The translations under genes were made by a program, and so were the position numbers. Shown here one piece after another: positions 37,035 to 45,698 of a stretch of 64,000 bases of DNA. Position 1 is the stretch's first letter, and the number at the start of each line of letters is the position of its first letter. The stretch is from Magnetovibrio sp. (GTDB lineage: Bacteria > Pseudomonadota > Alphaproteobacteria > Rhodospirillales > Casp-alpha2), in contig PBLS01000043.1 of the NCBI GenBank assembly GCA_002721825.1, positions 43,360 through 107,359 of the forward strand. Direction: 5' to 3'. The notes under the pieces are model-generated. The model searched no databases. It was not told the DNA's origin and was given only the letters and a program-made list of their open reading frames with translations.

Positions 37035-38063
37035 CTACTTCACTCTATTGATGTTTTTTAAGTCGTTTTCGGTGATTGCGGCGCCGCGTTGAATGTTCCG
37101 AGATACGCGTCGGCCAATAACCGTTTGTTCATTACCGGGTGCAATGCCGGTCGCGGGCCTGAGCCAGGTAAGGTCCTGGTTCGTTATCTGCGCTCCAGCC
37201 GACAAGTTGCAGGCGGCGGAGATTGAGCGCCGGTAATCGACACGGCCTTGCTGTTCGCAATCTTGGACGAATTTCTCAGGAGAACCTAGCATGGTCTCCG
37301 TTGCCCGAATGTCACTGACGATTTGTTTCATTTCTTCCGGGTCCGCGGACAGTTGGTGATCCCTGAAATCTGAGTAGTTTTTGTCGATCGTGAAGTGCTT
37401 TTCGATGATACGTGCGCCAGCTGCGACGGCGAGCGGCGTCGTAGACATTTCTACGGAATGGTCGGAGTATCCGATGGTTTCTCCAAGGGCGCCATAAAGA
37501 ACTCGGATCAGGGCTAAATTGACGGCGTTGGCAGGTGCCGGGTAGGCCGAGATGCAATGTAAAATACCGCAGTGAAGTTCGGTTGATGTGTTTGATGCGG
37601 CGTCGCGCATGACTGTGATGCTGGCTCGAATTTCATTTAGGGTTGCTAGTCCAGTCGACAAAAGCACGGGTTTCTCTTTCTCCGCGATGCTTTGTAGCAA
37701 GGGATGAAAGGTTAAATCCCCAGAAGCTACTTTGAAAGCATCAACGAGCGGTGATAGGGTTTCCACGCTCCCCATATCCAATGGTGTCGATATGAACAAT
37801 AGTCCGGCCCCACGTGCTTGCTTTGCCAAGGCTGAGAACTGATTTGCATCCAGCTCCATGCTCCTAAGGCGCTCCATGCGGTCAGGGTCTGCAGGGTTGC
37901 CAAAGTCTGCCGCTCGGAAGGTTTGGAATTTTACAGCATCAACGCCTAATTTCGCCGCCTCTGAGATTAGTTTCTGAGCTAAGTCAAAGTCGCCCTCATG
38001 ATTGTTTCCAATTTCGGCAATAATCAAAACCTTGGTATCAGTATTTATTGAGCCGATGCGCAT
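37035..38063 (-). CDS. NeuB/PseI/LegI-family nonulosonic acid synthase
   Basis: VLIIAEIGNNHEGDFDLAQKLI ... VDAVKFQTF and a C-terminal SAF-like domain. It is 342 aa long. Confidence 0.88.
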   Translation of the reverse strand: MRIGSINTDTKVLIIAEIGNNHEGDFDLAQKLISEAAKLGVDAVKFQTFRAADFGNPADPDRMERLRSMELDANQFSALAKQARGAGLLFISTPLDMGSVETLSPLVDAFKVASGDLTFHPLLQSIAEKEKPVLLSTGLATLNEIRASITVMRDAASNTSTELHCGILHCISAYPAPANAVNLALIRVLYGALGETIGYSDHSVEMSTTPLAVAAGARIIEKHFTIDKNYSDFRDHQLSADPEEMKQIVSDIRATETMLGSPEKFVQDCEQQGRVDYRRSISAACNLSAGAQITNQDLTWLRPATGIAPGNEQTVIGRRVSRNIQRGAAITENDLKNINRVK

Positions 38064-38084
38064 ATATGCTGTTCCGATTCTTTT

Positions 38085-38786
38085 CTAGGTATCGTGCCGA
38101 TGGTAGACATAGGTAGTAGCGACCAATGCAAAGCCAAGCTTCTCATAAAACGCAACCGAAGCTGTATTTGCTTTTTGGGTGCCCACGCGCACAACAGCGC
38201 CGGGTTTGACCTTTGCTTGCAAGGTTTGGATCAAGGCTGTTCCGTGGCCAGTGCCGCGTTGGCAAGGAGCTACGGCAGTCAAGTCGATCACATAAGTTTC
38301 GCTGTCGGGGCGCAGGATCTGTAAAAACCCGACAACAGCGCCTTCGGCGGTTTCTGCGACCAGCATGTGATCGCCTCGCAGACCTCTAAAGAAATTGCGA
38401 GCCCAGGCCTCCTTGAGGGTGTCAGCGATCTCGTTAGGGATCGAGGCGTCACGGTGGAAGCGATCATGGGAGAAACCGGTTCTGGCGATTCGGGCCACAG
38501 ATTCCTCGTCGGAGGATCGGGCATAGCGGCAGGAATATGATGAGTTCAGTATCCGTCGCCCTTTCCATACGTAAGTTAGAGCCTCATCAGCCAGATGAAA
38601 CCCCTTTGATCTTAACCATGCGGCGAAGCTATCGTCGTCTTTTTTTGTTGCACAATACAAAAAACGCGGCCCCGAAGCCCGTGGGAGATCGCCCGTGCCA
38701 CCATTCAATCTATAGGTGGGCACGCCAAGTATCTCACCTAGCCATGGATCACTCAACAACAACTGATAATCCAGCGTGGCTATCAC
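38085..38786 (-). CDS. GNAT-family N-acetyltransferase (two-domain, WecD/PseH-like)
   Basis: Acetyl-CoA motif A QRGTGHGTALI. The start is uncertain (GTG at 38786 or one of the TTG codons at the upstream stop). The track ORF extends to 38861 inside the upstream gene. Confidence 0.7.
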   Translation of the reverse strand: MIATLDYQLLLSDPWLGEILGVPTYRLNGGTGDLPRASGPRFLYCATKKDDDSFAAWLRSKGFHLADEALTYVWKGRRILNSSYSCRYARSSDEESVARIARTGFSHDRFHRDASIPNEIADTLKEAWARNFFRGLRGDHMLVAETAEGAVVGFLQILRPDSETYVIDLTAVAPCQRGTGHGTALIQTLQAKVKPGAVVRVGTQKANTASVAFYEKLGFALVATTYVYHRHDT

Positions 38787-39795
38787 CGTGCTCCATATTC
38801 TTGTACCAGTCGATATATTCAACAAAGCCTTGTTCCAGCTGATACTGGCTCTGGTAGCCAAGCAGAGATTTTGCTTTTTCTATAGAGAGAGTGCCGCGTT
38901 TTGGCATTAAACGGTCCCAATCGGCATGTTTAATTTTTGCTTCTGGGAAATGTTGCTTCAATATTTTCGCCATTTCGGACAACGTTCGTGCATTGCCAGT
39001 TGTGAGATTGAAAATCTGATTTTTTGCGTTTTCCGTCGATATGGCCAACATCAGCCCGTTGACGAAATCTTTTATATACGTGAAATCTAGTTTGTCGGAG
39101 CCGTCGCCGGTGATAGTGATCTCGTGGCCGTTCATGGCGTTTTCAATAAATATCTGTCCAACCCGTCGACTAACACAGCGTTGCCCGTAAAGCGCGGATG
39201 GACGAATGATAGTATAGGGCAAGTCAAAAACCTGATTGTAAGCAACCACCATTTTTTCACCCGAAAACTTAAGTGCTCCATAGATCCCTATAGGGTCAAG
39301 CGGTGAGTTCTCTTTTACCTCAGCCTGTAGGAAATTCCCGTAAATCATGCTCGATGACAAGTAGATAAACTGCTCGATTTTGAGGCTGCGAGCGTTGTCT
39401 AGAGAATTTTCTAGTGTCCGCAGGCTGTGATCGAACGTTGAATGTGGGTCTTTGTTCGATTGGTTCGCATGGGCGATTGCTGCAAGATGTACTATAACAT
39501 GAGGCCGAATGTTATCTAAAGATTGGCATAGAAGATGATAGTCACGGGCATCCACTACATGGACCGGGATATTATTTTGTTGCAACAGGTCCATTCGTTC
39601 ATGCAGTATTTGGAGGTATATATCGCGGTTCGGCATACTTGGGTTGCCGTAAATGGTCCCCAGGTGATTGACCTGTAGCCCATCAATGACGTGGACGTCG
39701 GCACCGTTTTCTTTAAGCGCCAAGGCAAGGTTGTGACCTATGAACCCGGCTCCGCCAACCAAAGCAATACGTTTGTCTTTTACTGCAATTTTCAT
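38749..39795 (-). CDS. NAD-dependent sugar epimerase/dehydratase (extended SDR)
   Basis: VGGAGFIGHNL and YGALK (YxxxK). The ATG at 39795 forms an ATGA overlap with the DegT stop. Confidence 0.85.
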   Translation of the reverse strand: MKIAVKDKRIALVGGAGFIGHNLALALKENGADVHVIDGLQVNHLGTIYGNPSMPNRDIYLQILHERMDLLQQNNIPVHVVDARDYHLLCQSLDNIRPHVIVHLAAIAHANQSNKDPHSTFDHSLRTLENSLDNARSLKIEQFIYLSSSMIYGNFLQAEVKENSPLDPIGIYGALKFSGEKMVVAYNQVFDLPYTIIRPSALYGQRCVSRRVGQIFIENAMNGHEITITGDGSDKLDFTYIKDFVNGLMLAISTENAKNQIFNLTTGNARTLSEMAKILKQHFPEAKIKHADWDRLMPKRGTLSIEKAKSLLGYQSQYQLEQGFVEYIDWYKNMEHGDSHAGLSVVVE

Positions 39796-40955
39796 TCTTT
39801 TAGATCCTGAAGTGTATTTAAAAAAATTTCGCAAATATAGTAAATATCATCTTCGCTTACATGTGGGCCTAGTGGAAAATTAAAAGATGTATCGCTAATC
39901 AACTCCGCATTTTGAAAAGTACCGTTTATGTATCCATATTTTTCACGATAGTATTTCAGGCGCGGTAGGGGGTGTGGATAGTGGACACTGACGCCAATTC
40001 CATAAGTCGGCAATATAGCTAGCAAGTCATTGCGTAGTCCAGGTTTTGGCTTGTTAAGCACCACGGTGAGACAATAGTAAGAGTTTTTAGAGCGAGGGTC
40101 GACGGGTTCTAGTATTCTAAAACCATCTTGGTCTTTCAGACATTCTTTATAGGCATTAAAGTTTCGCAGCCGAGCAGAAAAAAAAGCTGGTGCGCGTTTT
40201 AACTGACTGGTTCCAAGCGCAGCCTGCATCTCACTCATGCGAAAATTCATGCCAAGGCCGTTGACATCGTAAATTCCAGGAAGTTTGCGTTCGTTTAAAC
40301 TTCGATCATAACAAAAGCCACGCAATCTCTTTATTGCTGTTGCTGTACTTGCGCATTGTGATGAGAACATCCCACCTTCTGCTGAGGTAATATGTTTTGC
40401 TGGATAGAAGGAAAACGCTGCTCCATCTCCAAATAATCCGACGTGCGTACCATCCCATGTCCCACCCAGCGAAGTTGCACAATCCTCCAAAACAGGAAGT
40501 CCGTATTTATTTGCGATAGCCATTATCGAGGTCATGTCTGCGGGAATGCCATTATAATGAACTACGCAGATTGCTCTCGTAGCCTTGCCTATAGCAGATG
40601 CCAGTGCATTTGGGTCTATGTTTCCAGTATACTGATCGCAATCAACGAATATTGGCTTCGCGCCAGTTATTTCTAGCGCGTGAGCAGTAGCCACATGACT
40701 GATTGCTGGCAGGATTACTTCATCACCCGGACCTGTATTTATGTGCATATTAAAGAGGTGAAGTGCGGCAGTACATGAGCTGGTTGTAACACAATTACCC
40801 CCTCCGAGGAAATTGGCGAAGGTGCTTTCAAACAACTCACAACGCGGACCGTGTGTTAATATGGGGTCTTGCAGCGATTTTGCTACTTGCGCACGGTCGA
40901 CGTCGTTAATCATAGGTTTGCCGAAAGGGATCTCGCGGCTGTTTTTTTCAAACAT
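39792..40955 (-). CDS. DegT/DnrJ/EryC1-family sugar aminotransferase
   Basis: FSFYPAKHITSAEGG with the PLP lysine present. It is 387 aa long. Confidence 0.88.
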   Translation of the reverse strand: MFEKNSREIPFGKPMINDVDRAQVAKSLQDPILTHGPRCELFESTFANFLGGGNCVTTSSCTAALHLFNMHINTGPGDEVILPAISHVATAHALEITGAKPIFVDCDQYTGNIDPNALASAIGKATRAICVVHYNGIPADMTSIMAIANKYGLPVLEDCATSLGGTWDGTHVGLFGDGAAFSFYPAKHITSAEGGMFSSQCASTATAIKRLRGFCYDRSLNERKLPGIYDVNGLGMNFRMSEMQAALGTSQLKRAPAFFSARLRNFNAYKECLKDQDGFRILEPVDPRSKNSYYCLTVVLNKPKPGLRNDLLAILPTYGIGVSVHYPHPLPRLKYYREKYGYINGTFQNAELISDTSFNFPLGPHVSEDDIYYICEIFLNTLQDLKE

Positions 40956-41988
40956 AGTTTATATTTACGCTAGTGCCGGCTTGCAAAGAATTGTCAGATG
41001 CAGCGATAATGGATATGAGATCAAAGTTTTGTTGTGCTCGTTTTTCAAAATTTTTGTTTAATAAAATATCATCTAAAAATTGTGGAATTAGCTCTCCTTT
41101 ATGTTTAGGCAAAGGCGATTGACTTATCATTTGGGCAGCTGAAGGGGGATTCGCGTCGAACCCGCGCATTTTAAAGTCGTGATCCCGCAATTTTAAGATC
41201 CGAGCACCTTGATCATCGTAAATAAATGTTGCCTTTGTGCCAAAAATTCTCACTACATGTTGGTGATGATGGGCGCAGCCGAAATTTGCAGTTATACGGC
41301 CGATCCTGCCAGACGGGAAAATAAAATTTGCAGCCTGAAAATCATGGTATTTAAAATTAGACCTAGCCGTAGCTATATTAGTTCCGGTCGTTGAGACCGA
41401 AACTGGGCGGTCCTCCAGCATCATCAGCATTAAGTCAACCAAGTGTATCCCACCGCCTAACATGACGGAATAGTCTTTTATTTGATTGCGCCAGCCGCTT
41501 GTTATTTTTTCCAAGCGGCCATAAAGATAGTCTCCATCAAACGCATAGATTTCTCCTAATTCACCATTACTAATCGCTTTATATAACCATTTATATAATG
41601 GCGCAGCTCGGAGAATAAGATTTGATTCAATAGCCGGTTTATTATTTTGGAGCCAAAGTTTTTTTATTTCTTTAAGCTCACTGATTGTCCGACACAAAGG
41701 TTTTTCGACAAAAAGATTTTTACCATTTCTGATACCGGACGTTACCTGACTGAAATGTGCATCATCAAACGAAGCAATAGAAATAATTTGAACCCCCTTA
41801 TCATTAAAAATTTTTTGCTCATCTGCGAAAGCTGCGCCTAGTTTCTTAGCTAGTTTTTTGGCTTTCTTATAGTCTAAGTCATATAATAGTTTCAGCGTGG
41901 CCTTGGGGGAATCCACATACGTTTGAGCATGTTGTTCTCCCACACCTAAACCAATTATTGCTGCCCCGAGAGGAGATCGAGCAATCAT
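40948..41988 (-). CDS. Gfo/Idh/MocA-family oxidoreductase
   Basis: AAIIGLGVGEQH and LFVEKP motifs. ATGA overlap with the upstream gene. Confidence 0.85.
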   Translation of the reverse strand: MIARSPLGAAIIGLGVGEQHAQTYVDSPKATLKLLYDLDYKKAKKLAKKLGAAFADEQKIFNDKGVQIISIASFDDAHFSQVTSGIRNGKNLFVEKPLCRTISELKEIKKLWLQNNKPAIESNLILRAAPLYKWLYKAISNGELGEIYAFDGDYLYGRLEKITSGWRNQIKDYSVMLGGGIHLVDLMLMMLEDRPVSVSTTGTNIATARSNFKYHDFQAANFIFPSGRIGRITANFGCAHHHQHVVRIFGTKATFIYDDQGARILKLRDHDFKMRGFDANPPSAAQMISQSPLPKHKGELIPQFLDDILLNKNFEKRAQQNFDLISIIAASDNSLQAGTSVNINYV

Positions 41989-42617
41989 AGAGGCAAGCTT
42001 TCAAGTCTCCGAAGATCTTCTAGAGTATCGACTACACAATCAAATTTTATAGGGAATTCGTTAGGTTTCACAAAGTTGTATATTTTATAGTTATTATTTC
42101 GATTATAAAAATAAGGAGTTACGTGTTCTTGTTCTTCAGCATTTAAAACCGTTGTATTTACATTGAATAATGCTTGTGACTTTATAACTTCAATGCTTTG
42201 GCCCTTTGGGAATGTGCGAGGGTAGACATTTGTGACTAAATCAAATCGTCCGGTCAGCGCAGCTTTTTGTACATCAAGCAGCAGGTCGACCGATATTAGT
42301 GGACTATCTCCGCAGATCCGACCGATAAATTTAGCGGGGAACGTTGTAAGGGCATCGCAAAACCTTTTATGTACATTTTTAAGGTTTCCTCGGAAAAGTT
42401 GCCAACCGCAGGTGGTAGCGTAGGCCGCTAGTGGATCATCGGTTGGGTGGTCGCTAGTTAGCAGAATCGTTTCCCTTTGTCCTGAGGCCTTGATTGCGGC
42501 AGCCATAACGTGGTCGATTAAAGGTTTGCCGTGAAATGGAGCCAACATCTTTCCTGGAAAGCGACGTGAACTCATTCGGGCCTGTATGAAGAAGCGGAGG
42601 TCTAGATTTGTGGCCAA
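41985..42617 (-). CDS. cytidylyltransferase (SpsF/PseF-type, CMP-nonulosonate synthetase-like)
   Basis: IQARMSSRRFPGKML motif. It is 210 aa long. TTG start. Confidence 0.7.
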   Translation of the reverse strand: MATNLDLRFFIQARMSSRRFPGKMLAPFHGKPLIDHVMAAAIKASGQRETILLTSDHPTDDPLAAYATTCGWQLFRGNLKNVHKRFCDALTTFPAKFIGRICGDSPLISVDLLLDVQKAALTGRFDLVTNVYPRTFPKGQSIEVIKSQALFNVNTTVLNAEEQEHVTPYFYNRNNNYKIYNFVKPNEFPIKFDCVVDTLEDLRRLESLPL

Positions 42618-42649
42618 ATGATGATACCGTTTATCGTATTATTGTTTTA

Positions 42650-43981
42650 TTACGCATTTATAATATTTTTAAATTCTACTGCGTTGCCAATAGCATTTCG
42701 CGTATCTACCACCAGCGGCGACGCTTTGGCTAGCAATCTGTAGTCTATGTCATCATGGTCAGTGCAGATTAGCGCAGCATCAGAAGATGCGAGAGTTTTT
42801 TTATCCAGAGGTATTGATTGTCGGCCCGATAATTCGCCGTGGTCTCGTGTATCGGGAATTGCCGGGATAAGTGGGTCGTGAAAGACTGTATTCGCCCCAC
42901 GTTCTTCCAACAGTTTTATAATGGTCAATGCAGGACTTTCACGGGTGTCGGCACAATTTTTTTTGTAAGCAATTCCGATTATAATTATTTTAGCACCACT
43001 AAGAGGCTTGGAAAAACGCTCTAAAAGCGCCTTTTCCAAGGAATCGACCACGTAAATAGGCATTTTAGTATTTATCTCGCCTGCTAATTCAATAAATTGA
43101 GATTGCAGACCGACTTGACGTGCTTTCCAGCTAAGGTAGAACGGATCTATAGGAATGCAGTGGCCACCGAGCCCCGGTCCAGGATAGAAAGGCATAAAGC
43201 CGAAGGGCTTTGTGCTCGCACCTTGTATAACTTCCCAAATGTCTATCCCCATAGAACTGTAAATAATCTTCAACTCATTAACTAGCGCTATGTTAATTGC
43301 GCGAAAGACGTTCTCGGTAATTTTTACGGCTTCTGCTGTTGACATTGAACTAACTGGCACGACTTTTTTAATAACTGCACCGTATAATTTCACAGCCAAT
43401 GTGGAAGAGTTTTCATCATTACCGCCAACGACTTTTGGAATGGTCCCCGTTGAGAATTCCGCGTTACCGGGATCCTCTCGTTCAGGCGAATATGCTAGAA
43501 AAATATCTTTACCAATTTTGAGGCCACTATTGTCAAGAATTGGACGGACTACTTCGTCACAGGTACCCGGATAGGTAGTAGATTCAAGCACTACTAATTG
43601 ACCAGGCCGAAGGTAATTTTTTATTGTTCTGGATGTTGATATGACGAAACCTAAGTCTGGTTCACGTTGATCTGAAAGTGGGGTTGGTACGCAAACAATG
43701 ATAACATCCATTTTGCTTAAATCATCAAAATTAGCTGAGGCCTGAAGAAGTCCTGACGTGACCACCGAGCGAATAATAGATTGGGGAATATGCTTGATAT
43801 ATGACTGGCCCGCCATGAGTGCGTCGATTTTATTTTGGTCAATATCAAAGCCAGTTGTATGAAATTGTTCTTTGGCAAATTGAATGGCAAGCGGCAAGCC
43901 CACATAGCCCATGCCAATGATCCCAATATTTGCCGACCGTTTCTTTATACGCTCTAAGAGCTGATTAGCGAAGTTACTCAT
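42650..43981 (-). CDS. UDP-sugar 6-dehydrogenase (UDP-GlcNAc/ManNAc dehydrogenase type)
   Basis: IGIIGMGYVGLPLA Rossmann motif and the catalytic Cys motif GGHCIPIDP. It is 443 aa long. Confidence 0.88.
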   Translation of the reverse strand: MSNFANQLLERIKKRSANIGIIGMGYVGLPLAIQFAKEQFHTTGFDIDQNKIDALMAGQSYIKHIPQSIIRSVVTSGLLQASANFDDLSKMDVIIVCVPTPLSDQREPDLGFVISTSRTIKNYLRPGQLVVLESTTYPGTCDEVVRPILDNSGLKIGKDIFLAYSPEREDPGNAEFSTGTIPKVVGGNDENSSTLAVKLYGAVIKKVVPVSSMSTAEAVKITENVFRAINIALVNELKIIYSSMGIDIWEVIQGASTKPFGFMPFYPGPGLGGHCIPIDPFYLSWKARQVGLQSQFIELAGEINTKMPIYVVDSLEKALLERFSKPLSGAKIIIIGIAYKKNCADTRESPALTIIKLLEERGANTVFHDPLIPAIPDTRDHGELSGRQSIPLDKKTLASSDAALICTDHDDIDYRLLAKASPLVVDTRNAIGNAVEFKNIINA

Positions 43982-44118
43982 ATTTTCTAGCAGGTAGGAT
44001 TTTATTCTTAAAAAATCTCATAATTTGTAAAAATAAATTTTGCTCATCGAACAGGGCCTAAGGGAAAAGCTCTTTTTATTATATGCCACATAAAATTTTC
44101 TGCGACAGAACTTTGTCC

Positions 44119-44130
44119 ACGCTACCGCAG
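44119..44130 (-). promoter_or_regulatory. ops-like (operon polarity suppressor) element
   Basis: The minus strand reads TGCGGTAGCGTG, an 11/12 match to the enterobacterial ops GGCGGTAGCGTG. It lies 52 nt downstream of the RfaH-like gene and 138-149 nt upstream of the first biosynthetic gene. Confidence 0.6.
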
Positions 44131-44133
44131 TTC

Positions 44134-44154
44134 GGGTGAAGATGCTTCACCCGT
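44134..44154 (-). promoter_or_regulatory. perfect 9-bp stem / 3-nt loop hairpin immediately 5' of the ops-like element
   Basis: cgggtgaag-atg-cttcacccg. No U-tract follows on the transcribed strand, so it is not a classical intrinsic terminator. Confidence 0.4.
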
Positions 44155-44181
44155 CTGAACGTGCTCAGATGGTCAAAACGT

Positions 44182-44685
44182 CTAACTTAAAGTTGTTAGC
44201 GATTCAACCGGGATACGCGCCTTTACTTGGCGACCGAGTAAGTCCATCAGGACCACAGCACGGCGGCGGTCATCCAGACATTCTATAATTGCTATTTGTT
44301 CGGCCAAAGGGCCGTCGCCGATACGCACGTGCTGCCCCGGTTTAAAAATAGATCCATCGCTTAAACATATTAGTCCATCTTTATTTTCGCGAGCTTGGAT
44401 TGTATCAATTATTTCTTGACGTGCCGTTAAGGGGCGTTCGCCATCGAACATTATTCCACTAACCCCGACGGTGCTCTTAATTGCGCGCCATGGACTGCGC
44501 TCAGGGTCGTGAGCAACAAAAAGGTACCGTGGGAAGAAAGGACGAATCACGCGCTCCACACGTCTCGCATGTCGGCGAGTTTTAGCATAGCGTGGCAAAT
44601 AGACAATGCGGCCTTGCTGTCGCAGGTGGTTTTCCGCCCGTGCTTCGGAGTGGACATGTGTGTAGACTACTAGCCATTGACTCAT
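44182..44685 (-). CDS. rfaH: RfaH-type NusG paralog (operon-specific transcription antiterminator)
   Basis: WLVVYTHVHSEARAENHLRQQG ... RPFFPRYLFV ... DPE matches the RfaH NGN pattern. KOW-like GQHVRIGDGPLAEQIAII. ATGA overlap with the upstream regulator. Confidence 0.8.
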   Translation of the reverse strand: MSQWLVVYTHVHSEARAENHLRQQGRIVYLPRYAKTRRHARRVERVIRPFFPRYLFVAHDPERSPWRAIKSTVGVSGIMFDGERPLTARQEIIDTIQARENKDGLICLSDGSIFKPGQHVRIGDGPLAEQIAIIECLDDRRRAVVLMDLLGRQVKARIPVESLTTLS

Positions 44686-45356
44686 AATGGCTTTCCTTCA
44701 ACATCTTGTCCGAGCGTATTACGGTTAACGGATGTATTTACTTTTAAAAAATTTGGTGCAAGTAGAGGAACTTTTGGATAGGTGGCGAGCAAGCGATTGT
44801 AGGCAGCTTGTGGATCCCCTAGGTCTGTGATTACGATGACATCACAAGTATCTTCTTTAAGTGTCTTGACGATTGGAACTTCCGCATAACTAATTTTAAG
44901 CGAATCTTTGTCAACAATTGCGACAATGGAGATATCTGCCTCGGTCGCGCACAATAACGCAATTTCAGCCAAGTCTGTTAGGCCATGCATGGCGACTCGC
45001 TTGTATCCATTTGCCATGCAGAGTTTAAAAACAGCAGCCATATCCGATCTAGCCATACGGAAAAATTGAAAACTTTGGCTAAAATATTCTGAGGTAAGAC
45101 GACTCTTTTCCGCAAAACCTTTTGGTGTTAAATAATAGACGTAGCGGTTAGCTGGCGCCTGTTTAATTTTAATAAAACCTTTTTTTACACAAAGCTTTAA
45201 ATAAGTATTCGCGAGACCCAGGGCAATTCCAAGCTCTTGGGCAAGAGAACGCTGAGTTAAATTGTTGTCCGCTTCGACCCTTTGGAGCAACTCAAGCGTA
45301 ATAGTTGGTGCGGTCTGGTTAAGTTTACTTTGACGTTGCGGCATCGATAGACTCAC
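44682..45356 (-). CDS. MarR-type winged-helix regulator (EPS-associated type) with C-terminal Rossmann-like domain
   Basis: LTQRSLAQELGIALGLANTYLKLCVKKGFI ... YYLTPKG winged helix. The start is GTG at 45356 or ATG at 45344. Confidence 0.7.
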   Translation of the reverse strand: MSLSMPQRQSKLNQTAPTITLELLQRVEADNNLTQRSLAQELGIALGLANTYLKLCVKKGFIKIKQAPANRYVYYLTPKGFAEKSRLTSEYFSQSFQFFRMARSDMAAVFKLCMANGYKRVAMHGLTDLAEIALLCATEADISIVAIVDKDSLKISYAEVPIVKTLKEDTCDVIVITDLGDPQAAYNRLLATYPKVPLLAPNFLKVNTSVNRNTLGQDVEGKPL

Positions 45357-45370
45357 ATGTGTTCAGCGAA

Positions 45371-45397
45371 TGAACGTACTATGTTCAAGCCATGAAC
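45371..45397. promoter_or_regulatory. candidate operator: TGAAC-N7-GTTCA-N5-TGAAC
   Basis: Half-sites at 45371-75, 45383-87 and 45393-97. ATGAACGT is repeated at 45370 and 45392 (22-nt spacing). The sites lie directly upstream of the regulator gene start. Confidence 0.3.
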
Positions 45398-45698
45398 GTC
45401 AAGTTTATTAAGTGAAAACACCTGAAACCTATAGACTCAATTTTTTCAGAGTTTAGACAAATTATATATACGGATTATCCAGAGCTTTGGAATGAGATTT
45501 GGGTTCGACATTAAGCCAGTCTAATGACATATTTTGTGTGATTGGATAGAGTTGCAATGAGAGATATATCGCAAAACGGGTTAGGTAAGGACCAATGGCT
45601 TTGTACCATTGCATTTTGCTGGGTACTTTTCACCATATTCCTTTACTTTTACCAATTTCAGGATTACCTCCCGATAATCTGGCAGACGATCTCAAGCT

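Noticed and set aside
523-43574. Dozens of 60-170-aa plus-strand ORFs in the track that lie inside the long minus-strand genes (for example 523-840, 2260-2625, 15337-15708, 19430-19951, 28291-28641, 43290-43574).
   Set aside because: Each is fully embedded antisense in a longer ORF that has clear family motifs. Their translations are low-complexity or Arg/Ser/Pro-rich, and they lack start-site context. I treat them as shadow ORFs.
44078-44083. A perfect TATAAT on the minus strand, downstream of the ops-like element, considered as the operon promoter.
   Set aside because: The best -35 at 17-nt spacing is GTCGCA (3/6 match), and the surrounding DNA is AT-rich, so a chance hexamer is plausible. 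I kept it as a caveat to the ops finding rather than calling it a feature.
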